Positions 27,344-34,969 of a DNA stretch of 34,969 bases are shown here, piece after piece. Below the pieces are notes generated by a model. It ran no database searches. It was given only the letters and a program-made list of their open reading frames with translations, and was not told the DNA's origin. Position 1 is the first letter of the stretch, and every line of letters begins with the position of its first letter. The position numbers and the translations under genes are program-made. Source of the DNA: an uncultured Bacillales bacterium (GTDB taxonomy: Bacteria; Bacillota_I; Bacilli_A; RFN20; CAG-826). The stretch covers positions 1-34,969 of the forward strand of contig CAIMWL010000033.1 in NCBI GenBank assembly GCA_903845135.1, given 5' to 3'.

Positions 27344-29347
27344 TTAAACTCTTGTTTTGATTTGCGAACGATAAATATTCGCATAGGTTCCGTTGTTCGC
27401 AATTAATTGCTTATGAGTGCCTTCTTCAACCTTTAAACCATTTTCTAATACAACAATCTTATCAGCGTTTTTAATCGTCGATAAACGATGGGCAATGACA
27501 ATCAAGGTTCTACCTTTTCTTGCTTTTTCTAACGCTTTTTGAATTCTTAACTCTGTTTCCGTATCGATGTTGGCCGTAGCTTCATCCATGATTAAAATAG
27601 CAGGATCATGGACAATCGCCCTTGCAAACGAGATCAGTTGTTTTTCTCCCACGCTTAAATTCGTGCCGCCACGAGAGACGGGTTGTTGAATACCTTTTTC
27701 CAATTTATCTAAGAGGTGGTCACCGCCAATATCTCGTAATACTTTCTCAGCTTCTTCATCGGTAACAGAACTAATACCGAATCGAATATTATCGGCAATA
27801 GTGCCCTTAAACATGACCGGATCTTGAATGATAATGCCAATGTGTGATCGGAAAGTTCGTTTTGGGTGGGTGGTGATATCGACACCATCAACAAAAATCT
27901 TACCCATATCGCCTTCTTTAAAATCATAAAATCTGAGAAGTAAGTTGGTAAGCGTTGATTTTCCAGAACCCGTATGACCAACTAATCCCACCATTTGACC
28001 GGCATCAATCTTTAAGGTGATGCCTTTAATCACAGGATGCCCTTTTTCATAAGAAAACCAAACGTTATCAAATAAGATCTCACCACGGTAACGAGGAATT
28101 GTGGTTAAGGCGTTGTCTTCTTGTTCACCATCAATGACCCTAAAAATTCGTTCACTCTTAACTAAAGAGTGTTGTAGGTTTCCAATTTCTCTAAAGAGTG
28201 TCCCAACTGGTTCAATTAATCGTGATAAGTAATCGTTATATGCATAAATAATCCCGGCACTGATGATCACCCCGCTAATCGATAAATAACCATAACCAAA
28301 GAAGATGACGATGAAAGCAGTGACCAGAGCGCCAACTAAGCGAATCATATTCCAACCGATGGAAAGATGGAGGTGTTGTTCCTTTAGGATTTCTTTTTGA
28401 GTATCGAAAGAAAGATGATCGAACTTTTGTTCTATCGATTTTCTAAAGTTAAAGATTTGTAAAATGGAAATACCATTAATAATTTCATTAAGTTGTGCAG
28501 TAATCATCGACGAGTTTTCGTTGACTTTGACTGCAAGTTTGTTGAGTTTTTTCACAAAGAATCGCAACCAAACATAAACAACTGGAAAGAAGATAAAGGT
28601 TAAGAAGGCAAGAGTTGGGTTCAAATAAAACATTCCCACATAGGCAAAGATAACAGCCAAGGAAGCGTTCACTAATAAGTTCATAATCGTAGAAAATAAC
28701 CCCATCATGCCACCGACATCGCTTATGACACGATTGGCAATCTTACCCGATGGCTCACTTTCAAAATAAGACATCGGCATGCGTTGTAATGAACGTACTG
28801 CATCCTTCCGTGCATCTCTCACCATGTTCACGGTGATCATCCCGGTACTAATGCGTTGAATATAGGTAAACAAAATTTGTAATAGCAACCGAATGAATAA
28901 TAGAGCGATTAACCATATCAATGGTTCAACACTTGGTTGGTAAAAGGCAAACACTTCGTCGCGGGTTAATGGGGTGACTTCATAAGTAAACGTTTGGTTG
29001 TCTGGTGTGAGAATGGTTAATTGGGTTCCATTCAATATCTTTTGGCCAATGACCACAACATCTTCAGAGAAATAATAACGTGTCCCTATCACAACAATTG
29101 ATACACTATTATCAGTGATCGTTTCCTGTTGAAAGAAGCGACTGTTGTATTCAACAGCATCAGTTGTTTCGGTTGTTTCATACCAAGGTTTCTCGATCCC
29201 TACCAAGTAATCATCAATGATGGATTTGACGATTAATGGGGCGACTAATCCAAGTAATTGAACAACCAACATCGCGGATATGGTTAAAGTTAACAAGCCT
29301 TTGTAAGGAATGATGTATCGCCAAACTTTTTGAATGGTTTTAAACAT
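27344..29347 (-). CDS. Heterodimeric multidrug ABC exporter subunit, BmrD(YheH)/MdlB-like
   Basis: TMD with a large insertion between TM1 and TM2. Walker A GHTGSGKS, signature LSVGEKQ, Walker B ILIMDEAT and IAHRLST. Confidence 0.9.
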   Translation of the reverse strand: MFKTIQKVWRYIIPYKGLLTLTISAMLVVQLLGLVAPLIVKSIIDDYLVGIEKPWYETTETTDAVEYNSRFFQQETITDNSVSIVVIGTRYYFSEDVVVIGQKILNGTQLTILTPDNQTFTYEVTPLTRDEVFAFYQPSVEPLIWLIALLFIRLLLQILFTYIQRISTGMITVNMVRDARKDAVRSLQRMPMSYFESEPSGKIANRVISDVGGMMGLFSTIMNLLVNASLAVIFAYVGMFYLNPTLAFLTFIFFPVVYVWLRFFVKKLNKLAVKVNENSSMITAQLNEIINGISILQIFNFRKSIEQKFDHLSFDTQKEILKEQHLHLSIGWNMIRLVGALVTAFIVIFFGYGYLSISGVIISAGIIYAYNDYLSRLIEPVGTLFREIGNLQHSLVKSERIFRVIDGEQEDNALTTIPRYRGEILFDNVWFSYEKGHPVIKGITLKIDAGQMVGLVGHTGSGKSTLTNLLLRFYDFKEGDMGKIFVDGVDITTHPKRTFRSHIGIIIQDPVMFKGTIADNIRFGISSVTDEEAEKVLRDIGGDHLLDKLEKGIQQPVSRGGTNLSVGEKQLISFARAIVHDPAILIMDEATANIDTETELRIQKALEKARKGRTLIVIAHRLSTIKNADKIVVLENGLKVEEGTHKQLIANNGTYANIYRSQIKTRV

Positions 29348-29352
29348 TTGAT

Positions 29353-31092
29353 TTAACCCTCAAGTCCTGTTAGTTGGGTAATATATTGCCGCTTATACCA
29401 ACCATCTTCTCGAATCAATGAGTCATGGTTGCCGCGTTGACTAATTTCCCCTTGTTCAAGTACTAGGATTAAGTCTGCTTCTTGGATGGCAGAAAAACGA
29501 TGCGTCACAATAATATTGGTTTTTCCTTTTCTTAAATCTTTAAGGTGTTGCACAATCGTACGTTCAGTTTTCATATCCACCGCACTCAACGAATCATCGA
29601 GAATCAAGATTTGTGGATCTTTAATTAACGCTCTAGCAATCGATAAGCGTTGCTTTTGTCCACCAGAAAGATTAACGCCGGTCTCACCCATCATGGTTTG
29701 CAAACCAGATTGTAAATAAGGCAAATCTTTTTCAAAGTCGGCCATTTTGACAGCACTTTTCACAACTTCATCAGAAGCGTTAGGTTTACCTATTTTGATA
29801 TTTTCTTCGACGGGTAATTTAAACAAAATATGAGATTGAGGAACATAACCAACTAATTGTCGAATATCTTCAATTTTAAATCTTTCGATGGGGGTGTTAT
29901 CAATTAAAACCGACCCTTTTGAAACATTAAATTCACGAAGTAATTGGCGAATCAATGTTGACTTACCTGCTCCAGTTGGGCCCACAATGCCAATCGTTTG
30001 GCCTTTTTGAATACTAAAGGAAATATTTTTAATTACCGGTTGTTTATCAAACGGATATTGAAAGGTGACACCTTTAAAATCTATCGTTTGAAAATCGATA
30101 ATCGCTTGAGAAGAAGAACTATCGTGGACAATCGGTTGATGGTTCATCACTTCTTCCATTCGATCAATCGCAATGGTGGCTTGATTCAATTGCGCAAAAA
30201 TGCCTGAGATGGAAATAAACGGGCCAAATAACATTCCGATATAAGTGACAAAGGTAATTAATCCACCCAACGACATCATTTGTTGAATAATGAAATAAGT
30301 ACCAAAGGCAAAGGCGAGTGTATAAGCAATCCCATAAATCACTTCAAATAAAGGGTTAAACCAGTTTTCAAATTTTACAATATATCGCCAGGACTCTATG
30401 TCATTGGTAATTTCTTGATGTTGCTTTTTAAGATCAATATCTTCCTGAACATAGGCGCGAATGGCTTTTTGGCCTTCAACAGACTCTAACATCTTTTCCG
30501 TAAATGCTGCATAGATATCGCGGTGTTTTTTAAAGTATTGTCTTTTGCCCTCACGAACTAAATTAAGAATCGTTAACCCAATGGGCATGATGATGACTGA
30601 GATTAAAGTAAGTTGCCAACTGATGGTCACCATCATCAACGTTAGTGTGATGAGAATAAATCCAATGTTAAATACCAATCCTTCTAACAAACCTGTTGCC
30701 GATTGAATAATGGAATCTAAATCACCGGTTACACGAGAAATTAAATCACCCTTCTGATACTTTTCATAAAAACTAGAGTCCATGTTAAATAAATGACCCA
30801 AGTATTTTTTTCGCATCGTGTGGGCGAGCTGTTGCGATTTTTTTACTGTCGTGAAGTTATATAAATAACTGAGTCCATACCGTATCACAGGAAAGGCAAC
30901 AAGGGCACCACCTAAAAATAATAATGATTGATAAGTTAACCCACCTGAGATGATGGTGTCGATTGATAAACCAAGTAACCAACCAGGAATCAAAGCAAAT
31001 AAAGCAATGCTAACAAGCAAGACAAACATCAATACATACGTTTTCCATTCTTGTTTGACGTACCAACCAATATGTCTCAATAACTTGCTCAT
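29353..31092 (-). CDS. Heterodimeric multidrug ABC exporter subunit, BmrC(YheI)/MdlA-like
   Basis: TMD plus NBD. GPTGAGKS, LSGGQKQR and degenerate Walker B ILILDDSLSAVD (catalytic Glu replaced by Asp). Confidence 0.9.
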   Translation of the reverse strand: MSKLLRHIGWYVKQEWKTYVLMFVLLVSIALFALIPGWLLGLSIDTIISGGLTYQSLLFLGGALVAFPVIRYGLSYLYNFTTVKKSQQLAHTMRKKYLGHLFNMDSSFYEKYQKGDLISRVTGDLDSIIQSATGLLEGLVFNIGFILITLTLMMVTISWQLTLISVIIMPIGLTILNLVREGKRQYFKKHRDIYAAFTEKMLESVEGQKAIRAYVQEDIDLKKQHQEITNDIESWRYIVKFENWFNPLFEVIYGIAYTLAFAFGTYFIIQQMMSLGGLITFVTYIGMLFGPFISISGIFAQLNQATIAIDRMEEVMNHQPIVHDSSSSQAIIDFQTIDFKGVTFQYPFDKQPVIKNISFSIQKGQTIGIVGPTGAGKSTLIRQLLREFNVSKGSVLIDNTPIERFKIEDIRQLVGYVPQSHILFKLPVEENIKIGKPNASDEVVKSAVKMADFEKDLPYLQSGLQTMMGETGVNLSGGQKQRLSIARALIKDPQILILDDSLSAVDMKTERTIVQHLKDLRKGKTNIIVTHRFSAIQEADLILVLEQGEISQRGNHDSLIREDGWYKRQYITQLTGLEG

Positions 31093-31201
31093 AATCTTCG
31101 TTTTCCAATAGCATTATACCCTTATTAATTTTCGTTTGTAACGTATTTAATCTAAAGAAATTGTTTTTTTTAATTCCGTTTGCGGGTGATAAAATATGCA
31201 T

Positions 31202-31468
31202 ATGGCAACCATTAAACCTAAAGCATTTCAGACTGATAAAAACAACCTCATCACGAAGTACCATGCTAATGGTAAAACCATTTGGTCTAAGGGAAAAATT
31301 ATCAACGGTTTACCCGAAGGATATTGGGAGTGGTACCGTATCGATCAGACCATCAAGCGTTCAGGGTATTTTCTTAAAGGTGAACCTGTAGGCGAGTGGA
31401 CCACCTATGATTTAAAAGGTAAACCATATAAAATAACCAAGAAAGAACAACCTTATGGAAAAAAATAA
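31202..31468 (+). CDS. MORN-variant repeat protein (YwqK-like)
   Basis: YHANGK...KG...NG.PEGYWEWY...SGYF.KGEPVGEWTTYD.KGK repeats. ATG 31202 lies 6 nt after TGaTAAAAT. Confidence 0.75.
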   Translation: MATIKPKAFQTDKNNLITKYHANGKTIWSKGKIINGLPEGYWEWYRIDQTIKRSGYFLKGEPVGEWTTYDLKGKPYKITKKEQPYGKK

Positions 31469-32012
31469 AACCTTAACCAAAGAAGAATTATTAAAAGTTT
31501 TAGAGCAACGATTTGAAGCAAATCCACATCGTCATCGCGATGTCAGTTGGAAACAAGTTCAAGATCGATTAAAGGGACAATCTAAAAAAATCGAAACGCT
31601 ATTACAAATGGAACTAACCGATGGAGAACCCGATGTGATCTCAAGAGATCCTAAGTCTGGCGTTATCACCTTTGTTGATTGTGCTTTACAAAGCCCTAAG
31701 GGTAGAAGAAGTGTTTGTTATGATCAAGCTGCGTGGGATGATCGTAAAGAATTTAAACCCAAAAATGGAAATGCTGTGTCAATTGCTAAATCAATGGGGG
31801 CAACTTTATTAACAGAAACTCAATATCTCCATCTCCAAACCACCCAAGACGTTGATACAACAACTTCGTCTTGGTTATTTACCCCTAAAGAAGTCCGTGA
31901 AAAAGGTGGGGCAATATTTGGTGATAAACGTTTTGGTCGAACATTTATCTTCCACAATGGTGCGGATTCTTACTATGCAGATCGTGGATTCCGCGTTGCA
32001 ATTGAAATTTAA
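31455..32012 (+). CDS. DUF4256 family protein
   Basis: RFEAN.HRH...W..V, ME.TDGEPDV, SPKGRRSVCYD, TSSWL.TP, GGAIFGD.RFG and HNGADSYYA.RGFR. Confidence 0.85.
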   Translation: MEKNKTLTKEELLKVLEQRFEANPHRHRDVSWKQVQDRLKGQSKKIETLLQMELTDGEPDVISRDPKSGVITFVDCALQSPKGRRSVCYDQAAWDDRKEFKPKNGNAVSIAKSMGATLLTETQYLHLQTTQDVDTTTSSWLFTPKEVREKGGAIFGDKRFGRTFIFHNGADSYYADRGFRVAIEI

Positions 32013-32018
32013 ATAAAG

Positions 32019-32057
32019 AAAAAGGATTTGCTATCGATATTAAGCAAATCCTTTTTT
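32019..32057. terminator. Bidirectional intrinsic terminator
   Basis: AAAAAGGATTTGCT-10 nt loop-AGCAAATCCTTTTT between convergent genes. Confidence 0.88.
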
Positions 32058-32067
32058 AATTTCGTTT

Positions 32068-32721
32068 TTACTTAACGTTGTAGGCGTCTTTAAAGAATAA
32101 AGTTCTTGCGGTTTGGTGCCAAGCACTTACCCAAATAGCTAAAATCCCAAACGTGAATAACGATAATAAATACCAACCCAAATAACCTAAATCAAGCATG
32201 AATAATTGCATTTTCTTACCATTCATCAATTGTCTAGATTTGGTAATCGCGTCTACAGGCCCTAACGTTTTTTCATTCACAAGTAAGTAGGATGACATTG
32301 CATAACTATACGATTTAACAATACCTGGAATGACAAAGAGCAAAGTCCACAAACCAAGGAAGAATCCACTAATGACACTTAATAAAGGCGCATTGACAGG
32401 TTGTTCTTTAATCCCTGCAGTTAAGATCGGTTCAAATTCTGGTTTTTCATTTTTGGAGACCCCAATAAACATTTTGGTATGACTATAGGTCACATAGCCA
32501 CCAAGTGCGACTGCAATTAAATTAAATAATTGAGCTAAAGCTGGATTTCCTGGATTAATGACATTGAGAGTTCCTTCTTCAAAAACAGGATTATAACTGC
32601 CACCAATACCCGTCACGATCCCAATTAATGTAGAAAAAACTAAACCAATGAGGAAAATATTTAAAATTTTCCCTTTTGTCAACGCGCGTCCTTCTGTACG
32701 ATACTCACTATTTTTTTTCAT
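32068..32721 (-). CDS. DUF975 family membrane protein
   Basis: LWTLLFVIPGIVKSYSYAM...AITKSRQLMNGKKMQLFMLDL..GW..L. SD GAGGT. Confidence 0.88.
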   Translation of the reverse strand: MKKNSEYRTEGRALTKGKILNIFLIGLVFSTLIGIVTGIGGSYNPVFEEGTLNVINPGNPALAQLFNLIAVALGGYVTYSHTKMFIGVSKNEKPEFEPILTAGIKEQPVNAPLLSVISGFFLGLWTLLFVIPGIVKSYSYAMSSYLLVNEKTLGPVDAITKSRQLMNGKKMQLFMLDLGYLGWYLLSLFTFGILAIWVSAWHQTARTLFFKDAYNVK

Positions 32722-32772
32722 AGTTACCTCTTTCTAAAGAATAAAATAACACAAAATTAAAAAAACCAAACA

Positions 32773-33204
32773 TTATTCTAAAGTGAGTTTAAATTTTTCT
32801 AATAATCTTTTGGATGTTTGATTTAAACTTTGAGATTTCTTGGTTTGATGATTGACTTGAACCACAATCGTTTCAGAGGTTGCCACTAATTTATCGTTTT
32901 GATATAAATTAGCACCAATTAAAAGAGAGCTATCACCAATTCTTAAAACACCAGTACCAATATCTACTTTGCCCGGCCATTGAATTTCGTTTAATAGCTC
33001 TAGTGTCACTTTTGCTACAACGAATGAACAGTTGTTGGAAAGAAATCCATTTTGTTCGTTATACAGTAATTCCACACGCCCAGTTTCAAAGTAAGTTCCA
33101 AAAACAGCATTGTTAATATGGCCTTGACGATCCGTATCTCGATAACGAATTTTATCAAAGGTGATGGAAGGGAAGTCTTTTAATTGCATATCTTTTAATC
33201 TCAT
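32773..33204 (-). CDS. Hotdog-fold acyl-CoA thioesterase (4HBT/FcbC-like)
   Basis: IRYRDTDRQGHINNAVFGTYFETGR. Start moved to ATG 33204 with SD GAGGT. Confidence 0.88.
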   Translation of the reverse strand: MRLKDMQLKDFPSITFDKIRYRDTDRQGHINNAVFGTYFETGRVELLYNEQNGFLSNNCSFVVAKVTLELLNEIQWPGKVDIGTGVLRIGDSSLLIGANLYQNDKLVATSETIVVQVNHQTKKSQSLNQTSKRLLEKFKLTLE

Positions 33205-33279
33205 AATGATTACCTCAATGTAAGCATATACGATTTTTATTTTTAAAGAATAAGATATGATATTGAACGAGGTAAACAT

Positions 33280-33675
33280 ATGAAAACTGATAACGTTAAA
33301 TTACAATTCTCCAATACCTTTGTTGGATCGATGACATCTCCATCGGGACGTGTTGTCCTTGGACAACAACCAGATGGTATGGCACCTTACCACCTATTGT
33401 ATGGCGCAGTTGGTTCCTGCTTTTATTCAACCTTCTTAAGTATTACCACCAAGAAACGGCTTACCTTTAAAGATGCATCCCTAGAAGTGAGTGGTATCAA
33501 ACGTGACACGATTCCTGCAACGTTAGAATACTTAAAAATAGAATTTACGATTCGCGGAGGTTCTAATCAAGAACAATTGAAAGAATCTGCAGAATTAGGT
33601 GCAAAATATTGCTCGATTCACGAAACGATCAGTAAAGTAGCAAAGATCGATTTAGTGGTAAAGTTTGAGTCTTAA
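33280..33675 (+). CDS. OsmC family protein
   Basis: PYHLLYGAVGSC...AKYCSIHETI two-Cys pattern. SD GAGGT. Confidence 0.85.
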   Translation: MKTDNVKLQFSNTFVGSMTSPSGRVVLGQQPDGMAPYHLLYGAVGSCFYSTFLSITTKKRLTFKDASLEVSGIKRDTIPATLEYLKIEFTIRGGSNQEQLKESAELGAKYCSIHETISKVAKIDLVVKFES

Positions 33676-34969
33676 TGAATCTCCCCAAACTTTTTGTTGA
33701 ACGGATTGAGCATCAATTAGGCAAACACAACCTTCCGTTATTTATTGCTGCAATGAATCAAAAACCGATTCATGCTATTCGTATTCACAAACCATTCTTA
33801 CCTTTATTTCAATCTCTGTCTCTTCAACAAGTACCGTGGCATGAAAGTGGTTTTTACATTGAAGATGGCGTGATTAGCGGCCAGCATCCTTATCACCATG
33901 CGGGTGCCTTTTACTTTCAAGAAGCATCAGCAATGGCAGTCGTTCCTATGCTTGATATTCAACCCAATGATCTGGTGTTAGATCTTGCTGCTGCACCTGG
34001 GAGTAAATCAACCGATATTGCTAGTCGATTGGGCCCTCAAGGTTTTTTAATTGCCAACGATATTGACGCAAGAAGAGCCCAAACTTTAATGTTTAATATC
34101 GAAAGACTTGGACTTTCCCAAGCGATTGTTACCCAACATGATCCGCACCACTTACCCACACTATTCCCTTATTTTTTCGATAAAATTCTTATCGATGCAC
34201 CTTGTAGTGGCGAAGGGATGTTTCGTAAAGATCCCACCGCTGTGAGTGCTTGGTCAGTTGAACATGTACAAACTTGTGCTACTAGACAAGCCTACTTATT
34301 AGAAGATGCAGTTAAATTATTAAAACCAGGTGGTAGAATTGTCTATTCTACTTGTACCTTTGCTCCCGAGGAGAATGAGTTCATCATTAAGAAGTTTTTA
34401 GAGACACACCCAGCATTCAAACTCATCAACCATCCTCTCCATCATCAATTTGATGCAAAGACCACACAAGGGGTAGGCGTTAAATTATGGCCTCACCTGA
34501 TTAGAGGCGAAGGTCATTATGTTGTGGTATTACAACATCAAGGTGTCCTCTCCAAACCAATCAAATTTACACACCGAATGAAAAATCCAATGCCTCCAGC
34601 ATGGATTCGGTTTGCTGAGGAAACAATTAGTAATCTAGATATTCAACCAAATTTTGCCCTCGATGAAAGATTATTTCAGATTCCCATTTCTTATCAATAT
34701 CACTCTGCTTTACACACGTTACGGGCGGGCGTTTATGTTGGTGACATTAAAAAAAATATTTTTTATCCTTCTCATCACTTGGCGCATAACCTTCGTATCC
34801 AAGATGTAAAGCAAAATCTTAACCTTACATTAGACGATGCAAGATTAAATCGTTATTTACAAGGTGAAGAAATCCTTGCAGACATTGAAAAAGGTTGGAT
34901 TTTAATATCCGTCGATGGACTTCCACTTGGTTGGGGAAAAGCCTCACAAGGAAGAATTAAAAATCATTA
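33675..34969 (+). CDS. rsmF: RsmF/RsmB (NOL1/NOP2/Sun) rRNA m5C methyltransferase, 3'-truncated by the window; absent from the ORF track
   Basis: Manual translation from the TAATG overlap: MNLPKLFVER..., HPYHHAGAFYFQEASAM, VLDLAAAPGSKS, ILIDAPCSGEGMFRK, VYSTCTFAPEENE, GWGKASQGRIKNH. Confidence 0.88.
   Translation, partial: MNLPKLFVERIEHQLGKHNLPLFIAAMNQKPIHAIRIHKPFLPLFQSLSLQQVPWHESGFYIEDGVISGQHPYHHAGAFYFQEASAMAVVPMLDIQPNDLVLDLAAAPGSKSTDIASRLGPQGFLIANDIDARRAQTLMFNIERLGLSQAIVTQHDPHHLPTLFPYFFDKILIDAPCSGEGMFRKDPTAVSAWSVEHVQTCATRQAYLLEDAVKLLKPGGRIVYSTCTFAPEENEFIIKKFLETHPAFKLINHPLHHQFDAKTTQGVGVKLWPHLIRGEGHYVVVLQHQGVLSKPIKFTHRMKNPMPPAWIRFAEETISNLDIQPNFALDERLFQIPISYQYHSALHTLRAGVYVGDIKKNIFYPSHHLAHNLRIQDVKQNLNLTLDDARLNRYLQGEEILADIEKGWILISVDGLPLGWGKASQGRIKNH

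Noticed and set aside
16147-31391. Remaining nested or antisense ORFs (16147, 17201, 18683, 19158, 20988, 23398, 23916, 24702, 27709, 29486, 29998, 31010, 31161)
   Set aside because: Shadows of real genes, without translation signals or family motifs.
31202-32012. Toxin-antitoxin pair (YwqK-like plus DUF4256)
   Set aside because: The YwqK label reflects generic MORN-type repeats, and no toxin motif is recognisable in the partner.

Overview
Low-GC, very compact bacterial chromosome segment using genetic code 11 (TGA is a stop, e.g. 20117-20119). The gyrB-gyrA-serS-tadA order, lipoproteins and sigma-A-type promoters point to a Bacilli-type monoderm, possibly a Mollicutes-related lineage such as RF39/RFN20/Izemoplasmatales (inference). 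Housekeeping genes: gyrB (5'-partial), gyrA, serS, tadA, tldD-pmbA, rpmE, metG, rlmD and a 3'-partial RsmF/RsmB-type methyltransferase. Accessory highlights: (1) an intact heliorhodopsin (23103-23864) at the end of a co-directional run with two tandem paralogous membrane-anchored XRE-HTH proteins, which have large extracytoplasmic domains and a conserved Cys pair, and a DUF4287 gene; a BmrCD-like ABC exporter and a MORN-type repeat protein lie nearby. (2) A translationally coupled pair: a tail-anchored protein of unknown function and a membrane/Rossmann (RCK-like)/RyR-domain channel-like protein. (3) A site-2-protease-like protein whose HExxH motif reads LExxH, followed by two small paralogous membrane proteins. 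(4) At least eight genes with a leaderless-mRNA signature. No rRNA, tRNA, CRISPR array, integrase or transposase was recognised. All family calls are by-eye motif recognition, not database searches.
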